Source: Eledone cirrhosa (taxonomy: Eukaryota). Taken from it: DNA of 64,000 nt. Position 1 is the stretch's first letter, and each line of letters opens with the position of its first letter. Below are positions 29,593 to 43,625 of this stretch, in pieces. The position numbers were made by a program, and so were the translations under genes. The notes beneath the pieces are model-generated. The model was not told where the DNA came from, made no database searches, and saw only the letters and a list, made by a program, of their open reading frames with translations. The DNA is taken from NCBI GenBank assembly GCA_964016885.1, contig OZ024743.1, positions 87,048,001 through 87,112,000 of the forward strand, read 5' to 3'.

Positions 29593-30107
29593 TTTCAAGT
29601 CCACCAGTAGCAAGCGGTGGGTGAGACCTCCTGACGAAGAACAGTCAAGCCTGAAATGCATAGACGGTGGTCCCCTTGCTTCTGCTGGGCACCACCAGAG
29701 GGCGTTAACCTTGCTGTTTGCATAACTACGGCTTCCTAAAACCGTATTTCTTTAGAAATACGAAATTTCTTTAGAAATACGAAATGTCTATACATATTGT
29801 ATAAAGCTATGCTTGAAGCGAAATCTTATTTCTTTTCTATTATAATTTGAGCCAACTTATGCAGCTTCATATGCAAATGAGATTAATCACCTCATTTACA
29901 CAGACGAGAAAACTATATATTCTCGGCTGTCTTCAAGTCCAGCAGTAGCAAGCGGTGGGAGGGATCGTCCTGACAAAGGCCAGTCAGGCCTGAAATGCAT
30001 AGACGGCTGTCCCCCTTACTTCTGCTGGACTCCACCAGGGGGCGTTAGCCCGGTATATGAATAGCTACGGCTTCCTAAAACCGTATTTCTTTAGAAATAC
30101 GAAATTT
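29593..30107 (+). mobile_element. Second retrozyme-like repeat, 339-bp period, HHRs at 29626-29668 and 29965-30006
   Basis: Consensus CCGTC-CTGACGA-AGGCC-AGTCA-GGCCT-GAAA-TGCA-TA-GACGG at the tip of a longer hairpin, gtccagcag..ctgctggac. Confidence 0.8.
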
Positions 30108-30200
30108 ATATATATATATATATATATATAAAAGAAAATTTCGCTCTACATGGCTAAATACAATAAAAGTTTTTCGAATATTAATAACATTCGATTCGTT

Positions 30201-30422
30201 TGCAATTATGCAAACAAGTCTCAATTTTATAGCCATGTCAGTAGAATGAACACTTCATTCTTGCTCTTATGTTGGCATGCGAACAGAAATACAGACACTA
30301 ATGTTTCTGGGTATCACCCTTCATCAGTACAGCTCACTGTTCACCTGCCAAACATGTTAGTAGAATGAAGTGTTCTTTCTACTGACATTGCTAAAAAATT
30401 GAGGCTTGTTTGCATAATTGCA
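30201..30422 (-). ncRNA. ~220-bp rod-like inverted repeat capped by an HHR (30289-30332)
   Basis: Arms tgcaattatgcaaacaag..cacttcattc / gaatgaagtg..cttgtttgcataattgca. The minus-strand loop reads CTGATGA-A-GGGT-GAT-ACCC-A-GAAA-CATTAGTG-TC. Confidence 0.8.
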
Positions 30423-30579
30423 GAGAGATAGATAGAGGTAGAACACTGGAAGGTAATATTCGTAGTGGTAGAGCACTCAGTCCATGGGACGAGCTTGGTA
30501 GAAGTTGTAACACGTCAGTTAGTTCACCATACCGAGAACAATTAATTGTTCTCGGTATGGTGAACTAACTGTGTTACTA

Positions 30580-30650
<71 letters not shown>

Positions 30651-31110
30651 GTGTGTGTGTGTGTGTTTGTGTGTGTGTGTAAAAGGTAAACAGAAATAAC
30701 AACACAATCGGTACAGTATATGGAAGGTATGGATACGTATTTGCACGTGTGTATTGCTGTCATTGTCCGATTTCTATACGTTGTCATTTTTGTATATCAT
30801 AATCATTGTAAGAATTGGGTTTATATGTACAAGATGTCTTTTATAATTACATTATCACTGGTAATCCTTCAATTTAAGATTACACAGAATTACCGGGTGG
30901 TAGTGGGGCTGAGATGCTAGAAAAGTGAAATACCATACCAGTGTCACCTGATACTTTATTACGACCACCTACCAACAATGACAGCGGAGTAGCTCTCTCG
31001 GACCTCTCGAATACCACAGGCTGAAAAATGTAGTTTAGCGATAATTTATTGTATCTCACGAGTTTATTACATTCAATTACGTATGGTGTGCTTTCACCAC
31101 CACCACCACC

Positions 31111-31172
<62 letters not shown>

Positions 31173-31561
31173 CAAAGGAAGATATTTTCGGTTTGTAAAA
31201 GTAAAGAAACACACACTCACTCACCCACACAGATACACACACACACACACACACACAAACGAACACACACATATATAAAGCCACTCTCACACACACACAA
31301 AGCCACTCACACACAAACACACACATATACAAAGCCACTCTCACACACACACAAAGCCACTCACACACAAACTCACCCCCATACAAAAACACACACGCAC
31401 ACACATACACATATGTATGTAAATATATATATATATATATATGAAAAGGTTATATTTAATTTGTGGGGATTCAACAAGCTTAAACATTTTTAGGAAGCTC
31501 CAACCGTTAAGGTTGTCTTTTTTTTCCGAGTATGTCAATATTTATTTATAAAACAAATCTG

Positions 31562-31627
31562 TATTTTATCTGATGAAAGCGCACCATAATTTGCCTTGGT
31601 TGCCCTTGAAATATGTATAATAAAATA
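31562..31627 (+). ncRNA. Family A HHR (also at 32981-33046)
   Basis: Perfect 8-bp stem [17 protein letters not shown], canonical core, AUA site. Confidence 0.85.
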
Positions 31628-32280
31628 AATATGGTTTTATAAATATAGTTTCCATTTATTAATATATTGTATATATATATATATATATATATATACTAGT
31701 TTATTACAGTTTCTTGTAACAGACATTCGTCTCATTCTGACGTCACCAGCCATATTGTCCATGTGTGTTTATTTTCATAATTCCGCACGAGGTGTACTAG
31801 CCTGCTTTTAAATTCCCTTTCAGGCATATTTTAGCAGTGAAATTTTGATTAACATGTTTGAGCTCTACTGATGAACGACTCCAACCGTGACTAACCCCAC
31901 TGAAAAGTTTCGTGAAATAGTCTTTTTAAGACTCTATAGAGCAGTTGTAGTTTTTCCAAATTGAAGGATGAGTATTTAACCTTAATTTTATTCTGAGTTA
32001 AGACTCTATTGGTTTTTTTCCCTGGATTTCACAAAATCTGTGGATAAAAATTCTGTCTTGACTTTTTTTTTAATTGAGTTTGAATTATTTTCCCATATCT
32101 TACGTTAAATATTTTCCATCTTGACGTTATAGTCACTTATATATTATATATTATGAAATACTGTTGGCTTCTTGCTCACATTAATTTCTCTATTTTCATT
32201 TATATATATATATATATAGTAAAGGTAAAACTATATATACTACAAAGCTCAAAAATGTATGTAGAGAATTATGTATGATA

Positions 32281-32325
<45 letters not shown>

Positions 32326-33088
32326 GAATAGCTTTCAACGTATTTTTGACTAAAGAAATTTTAGCCTGATAATGGGGTTTAGAACCGTCAGATAAATGGA
32401 AAAAGATGAGTATTGATGTAGATAAGGACTTATAAACGGGTAGACACTTCATTATTAAAGGGAATGAGGAAGCGAACACAAGAGATTATTGTACCAGATA
32501 GGTATCATATATCTGTATGTCTGTATGTCTATGGTGGATTGGCAGTATCGGTAGGTCAGACGAGGGTCAGACGACATGCTTTGGCGCATAGTTACGGCTC
32601 TTGCCATTCTGAGTTCAAATCCCGCCGAGGTTAACTTTGCCTTTCATCCTTAGGGGGGGGGGTCGATAAAATAGAGCACCAGTAATGCACTGGGTAATTG
32701 TTGCCTTGTGCCAAAAGTAGAAACAATTATATTATATATATGTGTGTATATATATATGTGTGTGCATATATTTATATATATATATATGCATATGCTTATC
32801 TACATCAATACTCATCTTTTTCCATTTATCTGAGGGTTCTAAACCCCATTATCAGGCTAACATTTCTTTAGTCAAAAATACGGTGAAAGCTATTCTATTT
32901 TCTAATCTCAAACCTGCTCACTGTTTCAAAACATATTTACTCGTTATATATATATATATATATATGCAGAGGTTATTCTGTATTTTATCTGATGAAAGCG
33001 CACCATAATTTGCCTTAGTTGCCCTTGAAATATATATAATAAAATAAATATGGTTTTATAAATATAGTTTCCATTTATTAATATATTG

Positions 33089-33178
<90 letters not shown>

Positions 33179-33210
33179 AAGTGTTTTTTAAGCTTCATAT
33201 CATGTCTCCC

Positions 33211-33281
33211 TATTTTATCTGATGAGAACGCAATTATCATCCCATGATGATATTTGTTTTTGAAATGCGCATAATAAAATA
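33211..33281 (+). ncRNA. Type-I HHR with the family A stem I but different stems II and III
   Basis: TATTTTAT-CTGATGA-GAACGCAATTATCATC..GATGATATTTGTTTTT-GAAA-TGCGCA-TA-ATAAAATA. Confidence 0.85.
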
Positions 33282-33307
33282 CATGGAACTCTTTTAACCA
33301 TCTTTTG

Positions 33308-33403
<96 letters not shown>

Positions 33404-33501
33404 ATATATATATATATATGTGTGTGCATATATTTATGTATATATGTATATGCGTATGTATGTATGCAGGTGTGTATATATTACGTGTGTATACATGTAT
33501 G

Positions 33502-33560
<59 letters not shown>

Positions 33561-33666
33561 TTATGCATATACGTTTATATATGTATATATATATATGTGT
33601 GTATCTGTGTGTGTGTCTGTGTACACACACACACATACATACACATATATAAACGTACATGCATAA

Positions 33667-33705
<39 letters not shown>

Positions 33706-33816
33706 CATACATGTATACACACATAATATATACACGTAATATATACACACATGCATACATACATACGCATATACATATATACATAAATATATGCACACAT
33801 ATATATACACACATAT

Positions 33817-36430
33817 TGGCGAGGGAAATAAAACCTGTCTCCCCGCGAGTGTTGAGGGTGACCTTCAATGGAAACCCAAGACTGACAGTCAACTCAGCCT
33901 ATAGTCTGAGGGAGACAGTGATGTGAGTGCGGAAGAGTTCCATGAGGAGGTGTGTAGAGCTATCAACACCACAGAAGCACACAACATCCTGCTTGTTTTG
34001 GGGGACTTCAATGCACATCTGAGTAAGGAGGGCAGTGAAGATCCTTGCTGGTACTTCCATAACAACACCAACCGAAATGGAAGACTACTGAGAGACACCC
34101 TGCTGGAACCGAACTTGATAGCGACCAACCTAAGTTTTAGGAAGAATCCGAAGAAGATGTGGACCTACGTCTCAGATATGCACCTGTCCAAGTCCCAGAT
34201 TGATTTCATTCTGGTGAGGAAAAAGTGGCGGAATAGTGTTTTGAACACAGAACCATACAACTATTTCAGTACACTGGGTAGTGACTACCGGCTTGTTATG
34301 AATGAGGTCCGGGTGAGCTTAAGAAAGAGCAAGGCTCAGCCCGGAGAGCAATCTATGACTGGGGAGCTTTCAAGGAAGATGATAAGCTACAGGAGAGGTT
34401 CACAGTGGTAGTGAGGAACAGGTTCAGTGCTCTGTGTGGAGAGACAGAGGAGAGAGAGATTGGATGGACTGAGGAGAGTGTGACGAGGAGGTACGGGCAC
34501 TTCACCAATGCAGTGGCGGAAGCAAGTGATACCCTGGTACCGAGGAGAAAGAACAAAAGGAAGCACGTCAGCTCTGCAAACCCAAAAGTGTGTGCAGCCA
34601 GAGAACACCTGAAAGCTGCCAAGGACCAATTCTATGCTGATCCTACGGAGGAGAGGATGGAGACTGTGGAGGTGATGAGGGAAGAACTCTGTACCGCTTA
34701 CACTGAGGCCAGAGGAGGCACTGATAGAGAAGATCAGAAGCGTGGAGAGAGCGGTTGACAGGTCTGGATGTAAGGAGAGCTGGATGATCATCAACGAGAT
34801 CACAGGGAGGAAGAGAAGGTGTCCGAGTCAGATCCAGGGAACAGGGCCTGAGGATAGGAAGAGGAAATGGCTAGACCATTTTAGGACCCTACTAGGAGAG
34901 CCGCCCTCCACAGCCCAGAGCACTGGGGAGATCAGGCGGCTGTTTGAGCCCTTCACCAGAGGGGAGTTTCAGAGAGCCAAGAAGAAGATCAAGGAGGGCA
35001 AGGCTCATGGAGAAGATGGAGTGGCATCAGACATGATGAAGAGGTGTGATTTTGATGATATCATCCTAGGGTTCTGTAACCAGGCACTGGAGAGAGGAAT
35101 TGCCCCGATTCAGTGGAGGATCAGTAACATCGTCCCAGTACCAAAGAAGGGAGATCTCTCTAACACCAACAACTACAGGGGGATCTCACTGACGTCACTT
35201 GTGGCAAAGACCCTCAACAGGATGATTCTTAACAAGATCCAGCCTGAGATGGAGAAGAAGCTAAGGGACAGCCAGAACGGCTTCAGAGAGGGAAGATCAA
35301 CCACCAGTCACATCCTGATGCTGAGGAGGATATTAGAGGGAGCTAGAGCAAAGTGCCTTCCTGCGGTCATGGTTTTCATTGACTTTAGGAAGGCCTTTGA
35401 TTCTGTGGACCGTCACTTATGGAATCCCCAAGAAGATAGTGGACCTGATATCACTGCCATACACCAACACCAAAGCCCAAATCATTACACCTGATAGGAT
35501 GACAGAGTCCTTTGATATACTGGCTGGAGTGTTCCAGGGAGATACATTGGCTCCCTACCTTTTTATCATCGTAGTGGACTATTGTATGGAGAAACACCAG
35601 GACTCTGGCTTTACTGTAGCACCAGCTCAGAGCAGGAGAATTAAGGCGAAAAAAATATCGGATGCTGAATTTGCCGACGACATAGTTTTGGTGACAAATA
35701 CAGTGAAGGAGGCAGAGGATTTGATGCAGGAGGTTGAGACTGTGTCGATGAGTGTGGGGATGAGAATGAATGAGACTAATACAAAATATCTGGTAGAGAA
35801 TGTTGAGAAGCCAGAGGGGATTACTAATGTAGGCGGGAAGCCGCTAGAATTGGTTGAGGACTTCCAGTATTTGGGAGCAAAGATTGGGAATACGGAAGAT
35901 GATGTGGTTGAGAGGAAGAGCAAAGCCTGGGCCACGTATTACAGCTTGAGATCGGTGTAGAAGTCGGACCTTCGTAAAGACCTGAAAATCCGCCCCTTCA
36001 TTGCTGTAGTGGAGTCTGTGCTGCTGTACGGGTCTGAGACTTGGATACTGACCAAGAAACTCACTCAGATAGTGGATGGGTGCTACACGAGAATGTTGAG
36101 GATGGCTCTGAACATTAATCAGTATACACTGAGGGTGAAAATCTCAGAGCTGTATGGGAGCCTCCCAAAAGTCAGCTCAAAAATGACACAGAGGAGACTG
36201 AGGTTAGCTGGACATGCTCACCAACATCCAGAGTTGACATTGCACTCAGTGCTCCTGTAGGAGCCCCTACATGGACACACTGGAAGAGGAAGACCAAGGT
36301 TAACGTATGTTGATGCCCTAAGGACAGACACTGGTCTGTTGGAGACGCAGGACATGGCAGCGATAATGAGGGACAGAGACCGCTGGAGAGAACTCGTCCA
36401 TGGATCTCGGGAATTTTACCTGCCCTAGAT
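33817..36430 (+). pseudogene. 5'-truncated RTE-like LINE (APE endonuclease + RT), several frameshifts
   Basis: Motifs VLGDFNAHL, SQIDFILV, SDY(H)R, PVPKKGDLSNTNNYRGISL, QNGFREGRST, FIDFRKAFDSV, GVFQGDTLAPYLF, FADDIVL, FQYLG, ESVLLYGSETW and RRLRLAGH. Confidence 0.95.
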
Positions 36431-36599
36431 ATATACACACATATATATAATATAGACATACAGACATACAGATATATGATGCCTATCTGGTACAAAAATC
36501 TCTTGTGTTCGCTTCCTCATTCCTTTTAATAATGAAGTTTCTACCCGTTTATAAGTCCTCAAAATAACGAAGACATACACCAACATAGTAAAACCAGGC

Positions 36600-37310
36600 C
36601 AGGGCCGGATTCAATGGGTGACAAAGGGGGCAATTTCCCCGGGCTCCCTGCAGTGGGAAGCCCAACCAGTGAAGATCGTAGCAATTTATTTGTGCCCTCA
36701 GCTGTGCCCTTTCGTCACAACGACCAGCTTTTTTCCCATCTTCTTGTATTCTTTCGGAAAGCTACTACCACTTACATCGTGGAGGAGTCATTTTAAACAT
36801 TAAAAACACTTAAGTGTTTCACTTATTATTTATTTCTTGATGCTGTCAAAATAAACGTGGCACTGATTGCAATCTGATCATTGGAATTGTGTCAATGACC
36901 AGGTCGCAAACAGTGCGATGAAAATTTTGACACCAAGAAAAAGCGGCTAAATTTAAAGTGTCTTTAATAGTTTGAGTATTTCCGAAAGAAATTAAAATGA
37001 TTGTGGAGGAGGGGAGGAGCAGTGCCGTCATATTTATTTCAATGTGATACCGAGTGGCTAAAATGATTCTTCCATGATGTAATTGCTTTAGTTTCAACAC
37101 AGTCTCAGCAGAATTTTGGCTGCTTGCTACATCGTAGACACATAAAAAGATAACACACGCACACACACACACAGATAACACTACATGCAGCTTTGACCGG
37201 GAGGGTCATTTAGAGGGAATTGGGGGGGGGGGGGTAAGGCTGCACAGCCCCACTTTCCGCCATGGCGATTGGACTGCATGCCCTGCTTTCCAGGTTACCC
37301 TTCGCCACTG
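36600..37310. mobile_element. Possible hAT-like non-autonomous element(s)
   Basis: Left end CAGGGCCGGAT; right end reads CAGTGGCGAA on the minus strand. Both are hAT-like termini but do not match each other well. Confidence 0.3.
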
Positions 37311-37422
37311 ATATATATATATAGCGTCCGAAACGTTAAGACCCTCTTCCTGCTATTTCAAGCGTTAACCATGTATATCCCTTCCATATACTGTACCGAT
37401 TGCGTTGTTATTTCTGTTTACC

Positions 37423-37506
<84 letters not shown>

Positions 37507-37610
37507 TTATTTATTTAACCTCGCCGGAGAAAGTATGAAGAACAACTACAAAAAGAATTATTTTTTTAAACTTCGGTCACGCTGTAGAAAGGGGGTGGTA
37601 CGAACGTGTG

Positions 37611-37685
<75 letters not shown>

Positions 37686-38147
37686 CAATTCCTATACTTT
37701 GTTATCAACACTGAAATGAAAAGAAAATTTGGATCGGAACAAACACCGCAAAGTATTCTATCCTGAGATAACAGCAAGTAAAACCAAAGTAAGATGGCCA
37801 GAAACTAGAGACATCGCAGAGACGATAATATTTTCCTCATGGTTTTACCATCGAACAGTAGATGGAAGATGGCAAATGAAAACTCTAAAACTCCAATCAG
37901 CTTGATAAAGTATAATACACACAAATATATATGTCCAAACATATAGACACACACACATGTATATATATATATATATATATGTGTGTAAATATATAAATAT
38001 GTATATATATATATATATTGTTGTAATAATATTGCCAGCATTAATAACAGAACACACTCACTGTTTGGTTGCTTTTCGCTTCTGTATCTTTTATATAAGT
38101 TAATATATTCGGTCCTCAATGTTTACCATTAACTGACCAACGCTGAA

Positions 38148-38186
<39 letters not shown>

Positions 38187-39039
38187 AGTGGAAGCTTAGT
38201 AAAATCGAAGCTTTGGCTGCGGCCAAGCAAAATCGACCTACAATTAGGAATGAGTAGCAAAGCACTCAATAAGGGTAGGTCCTCAGAGTAATAACATACG
38301 TTTAGATAGCTTGACAAATTGAAAATTGCGGCAGGCAAAACCCAGCCATACAATACCAAAACAACGAAAATATATATATATATATATATTTGTATATATA
38401 TATAAAAAAATATATATATATATATAAAAAATATATATATATATATATAAAAAACCGCGATAATATTGCTATTTTGCTGAACTCCTTACACTTGTAGAGT
38501 TTTTTTTGGAATGTGTTTTGACTATTGTTTCATGTAAACAGACATTCATCTCATTCTGACGTCACCAACCATGTCTCTCCATGTGCGTTTATTTTTCATA
38601 ATTACGTACGAGTTGAACTAGCCTGTCTTTAAATTACCTTTTTGGCATATTCTACAGTAAGTTTAGGGTTATCGTGTTTGAGCTCTGCTGATGAACGACG
38701 CCAACCGTGACCATCCCCACTGAAATTTCGCGAAATAGTCTTTTTAAGACTATTCAGAGCATTTGTAGTTTTTCCAAATTGAAGGATGAGTATTTAAGCT
38801 TTATTTTATTCTGAGTTAAGGCTCTATTGATTTTTCCCTGGGTTTCACAACATTCTATGGATTAATCTATGTCTTGATTTTCTTTTAATTGAGTTTGAAT
38901 TATTTTCCCACATCTTACGTTAACTATTTTTCCATTTTGACGTTATAGTCACTTATATATTATGAAATACTGTTGGCTTCACGCTCACAACAATTTCTAT
39001 ACTTTAATTTATATATATATATATATATATTGGTAAACG

Positions 39040-39134
<95 letters not shown>

Positions 39135-39140
39135 TAAACG

Positions 39141-39171
<31 letters not shown>

Positions 39172-39175
<4 letters not shown>

Positions 39176-41385
39176 TTTGTTGGGTCACCACTGGATAGAA
39201 CTGGTCATTCCGTATGGTCAACATCAATGTAATACTATGGAGAGCACTCAACGTAATGCAACTCACCCGTCTTCGTTTGTGTAGTTGGTGGTGCGAGTAC
39301 GGAGTTAATTATTATAAAATAACAGGAGGCTGGACTGGTGTAAATCCTTGAAAGGTTTATTATACTATGATCATTTCAATGACCGGGTTCAGTATGAATC
39401 CGGTGACATCATCAGGTATTCAAAATATAACAAAGGAATATAACAGATAAAATCCATGGGGCTGAAAATCAGAGACAAGAGGACGACCGACTATTTAGCA
39501 GCTTCTACCTCAGTCGGCCGCCCTCGAGTGTTGATTATTAAGTCTACTTATGACCATCTGGTGAGGGGGCGTAAGCTTATAATGTACTACTACCTCTCCG
39601 TCAAAGATAAATATCAGCGTTGAGGTCATGCCACAATCAGGCTGATTATGCGTGCTAGGAATTGCCGCGAAAAATGTTTTTTCCAAAGAACATATATCTT
39701 TAACAAAGGCATATAAAGTAGGCGTCTGTATGGTATAATGTGTGGACAGAAATTTCGGTTAGCAATTAGGAATGTTAAACTTATGTTTAGAGTTATAGAA
39801 TGAAATTAGAAAAATAAGGTTTAAGGTTTGGGTTGTGAGATTTAGTTAAAGAATTTACAGAAAGAGGCTTTTATGAAAAAGTTTAAGTGTATTATAGATA
39901 GTCACGATAAGTTTTCAGGGTAGGATATAGTAAAGATTAAGCCCTTGTTTAGCAGACGATAATCATCGACGACTGCAGATCCCGGCCAGCCCTCCCTAAC
40001 CACGTACCAGCCGTTCCGAGTGATATCGTCTAGCGAAAGAAATGGAAATTAATTTTTCCGAGCACTCCAGGAATGTAACTGTTTTAGGCGTCGGGTGTGT
40101 TAGCGGGAAGTCCGCCACCGCCGTTTGGCCATCGTATATACCAAACGAATACTATTAATTCACACAGGAGGGAGATTTAGTTACGTGCCAGTAGAGGGAG
40201 GCATGATACAGCTAATAGTTATGATTAAGCCTAGAATTTAAAGGTACTATTTGGCGGTCAAAACCGGCGGCGCGGCGGGTTCCAAGTCCGACCGAGTCCC
40301 GGGGCGAAGCAGCCGTTCCGAGTAATTTCGTTTACCGAAAGAAGGGGAAATTTATTTTTCCAAGCACTCAAGGAAGGCTTATCCACCCGAGCGCCCGGCG
40401 TGCAGTCGGGAAAAGCCGCCACATCCGTCGGATCATCGCGTGTTACCAAACGATTATTATATATTCACACCCGTGATGTGAGGTTGAAAGTGGTAAAACC
40501 CGATGAAATGCGCAAAAAGACTATATTTAGTCCCGAGTTAGTCCTGGTTATATGTAGTGTGGTTCTTGGGTGGGTAGGGGGAAGTGAATAAAGATAAACA
40601 GATATAAGGGTATAGAGAGTAATATTCTAGGGTCGTGTGCTAATGAGCACAATGATAAGTATATAATGAGAGTAAAGCGAGTAAACAAATACCTAAATAG
40701 AAGGAATAATAAGCAAAATACATAAATAAAAAGCAAAATACAAAAATAAAAATACATAAATAAAATGCAGTCATAACTAGGGTGGTGATGCATGGAGTAA
40801 AACGGAAGTATATAAGAACAAACACAGGGGAAATACAATATAGATGAAGGTGCAGTTTGATAATACAAGGTTAATCATATAGACATAGAGGATGGAAGAG
40901 ATGGAATGGTATCAGGTGATACTTAGTGTATGTTCGAGTCTTAATATTCAATGTGAATCCCAAAGGCCCTGAAGTATAGGATAGAGAATTCACTCAATAC
41001 AATACAAGTTATAGTATAATACGTAGAATTTTTTGAAGAATCTATGAGGTCTGTCGGAGTCTGAATATTCCCCACAGGGAAGCAGCAGTGGACCAGGTGG
41101 GCGGTAGACAAAGCTCAGAGCAGCCAAAATCCGAATGGTGTGTAGATTAGTTAGTCCCATGCTGGCGATAGCTGTACACTGGAGTCAGTACCGCTGTTCA
41201 TTATTACATCTGAAAGCGCTCGACATCTCTGGAGCATTATTTATTTAGGTTTGTTGGGTCACCACTGGATAGAACTGGTCATTCCGTATGGTCAACCTCG
41301 ATGCAATATTATGGAGAGCACTGAACGTAATGCAACTCACCCGTCTTCGTTTGTGTAGTTGGTGGTGCGAGTACTCCGTACTCAC
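39172..41385 (-). mobile_element. ~2.07-kb ORF-less element between direct family B terminal repeats (HHR at 39362-39419)
   Basis: 39172-39300 is repeated at 41245-41378. The interior has no long ORF and contains a diverged ~300-bp duplication. Confidence 0.75.
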
Positions 41386-41399
41386 ACCTTCAATATATA

Positions 41400-43325
41400 T
41401 ATATTGTTATACTTGGGAAGGGTCATATTGTTGTAATAATATTGCCAGAAATAATAACAGAACACACTCACTGTTTGGTTGGTTTTCGCTTCTGTATCTT
41501 TTATATCTCCACAGTTAATTCATTTGGTCCTCAATGTTTATCATTGACTGACCAACAGTCAAAAATACAGATATAATATAGATATCAACACATATATATA
41601 GTCTAACATAGTTCTTTCGTTGCACATCTGCAACATCATCAGTGGTACTATTATGTTCCTCCTGTTGTATTGTATGTCTACGCCATTTTTATTTTATCTG
41701 TTTATTTATTTATTTATTTTTGTCTTCTCTGCGCATGCGTTTGTGTGTGTGTATAGTGTTTGGTGTGTGTTCGCGTTTGGGTGACTGTTTTGGTTATTGT
41801 ATTCTATATTAGTTTACTAGTGTGTGTTTATATGTGTTTGTTGTTATTGTGCTTGTGTATATATATATTTTTTTTTAAATATTTATTTTAAGTCAGTATT
41901 GTTTGTTTGGGTGTTGTTGTTATTCCATTCATTTTATCTGTTTAGCTTTGGCTTTCTAAGCCCTATTTTGCTTGCCTCTCTGATTTGCCTATCTGCTGGG
42001 TCATTTCTATGTTTAAATATTATTTTAATTTCCATGTTGTCTATGTTACCGTCATATTGTTGTCTGGTGTGTTCGTATACTACTGAACCGTTTTTTGTCC
42101 TTTTAATTCCCCCCCCCCCCCCCCCCCAGTGTTGGTCTATCCTTTCTCCTATGCTTCGAGCTGTCTCGCCTATGTATGTTGTTGTCATGTTTCTGCAAGT
42201 ACCTTCTGTACATCTTATGCTATTATGCGTTTCTAGTTTTACAGTTTATCTGGGGGTTTACTTTACATATAACACATTTCCTATTAGTACAGTGAGTTTT
42301 CTTAAAAGGGTAGGTTTTGCTGATCAGGGATTTTTAAGTGGGTCTTTCTCAGGGCTTTTCTACACTGGGTAGCGTCCACGAACATGACACTCTGGTATCT
42401 CTGGTTGTCGTACCATGAGGTGGCTTTCCCTATCTTATGTTTAGTCCTATCTAAGCTATTCCATGAGTTGCTCCTGTATAATGGGCAAATTCCTTTCATG
42501 TCCAGTTCTATGAGGGTCTTATACTTCTCCGTCGCTCCTTTGTATACTCTGAATCTGTCTCTTTGGTTGTAACCAGAGAACTGCATGCGGTTGATGAAGT
42601 GTTGGATGTGTCTTTCCATTTCTGTTGGGTCGCACATGTGGGACACGTTCTTCATCACTCGTACCAAGTCTGCGACCAGAATATTAAACTTAGCACTACT
42701 GGACATTGCTGAGTTTTTGAGTATCAGGTATTTGGACGCCATAGGTTTAGCGTAGTGTAAGCGGTGAATTCGGGCCCTCTCGTCTATAGTGTTAATCCAA
42801 ACACATATAAACACACACTAGTAAACTAAGATAGAATACAATGACCAAAACACAGTCACCCAAACGCGAACACGCACCAAACACTATACACCCATGCAAA
42901 CGCTTGCGCAGAGAAGACAAAAATAAATAAATAAATAAATAAAAATAAATAAATAAATAAATAAATAAACAGATAAAATAAAAATGGCGTCGACATACAA
43001 TACAACAGCAGGAACATAATAGTACCACTGATGATGTTGCAGATGTGCAACGAAAGAACTTTGTTAGACTATATATATATGTGTTTATATCTATATTATA
43101 TCTGTATTTTTGACCGTTGCTCAGTCAATGATAAACATTGAGGACAGATGAATTAACTGTAGAGATATAATAGATACAGAAGCGAAAACCAACCAAGCAG
43201 TGGGTGTGTTCTGTTATTATTTCTGGCAATATTATTACAACAATATGACCCTCCCCAAGTATAACAATATTTGTTTCGACACACGATTTCATATCAAAAA
43301 CCTCGCAAAACAAATTCATCGCCGT

Positions 43326-43378
<53 letters not shown>

Positions 43379-43625
43379 GTAAATAAATATAATAGCAACA
43401 CTGACGATGTTGCAGATGTGCAACGAAAGAACTTTCATAGACTATATATATGTGTTTGTGTCTATATTATATCTGTATTTTTGACCGTTGGTCAGTCAAT
43501 GGCAACATTGAGGACCGAATAAATTAAATTAACCGATATAAAAGACACAGAAGCGAAAACCAACCAAACAGTCAGTGTGTTCTGTTATTAATTCAGGCAA
43601 TATTACACAAATATGACCCTCCCCA
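41400..43625. mobile_element. Internally deleted PLE (- strand, 41400-42800) with an inverted terminal repeat (42795-43326) and an extra terminal fragment (43385-43625)
   Basis: Peptides YAKPMASKYLI and TTYIGETARSIGERIDQH. HHR-like motifs at 41598-41649(-), 43020-43071(+) and 43395-43440(+). Confidence 0.9.

Noticed and set aside
40270-40305. Twister ribozyme (ggttccaagtcc)
   Set aside because: Only the loop-like word resembles twister. The UAA cleavage context and pseudoknot partners were not found.
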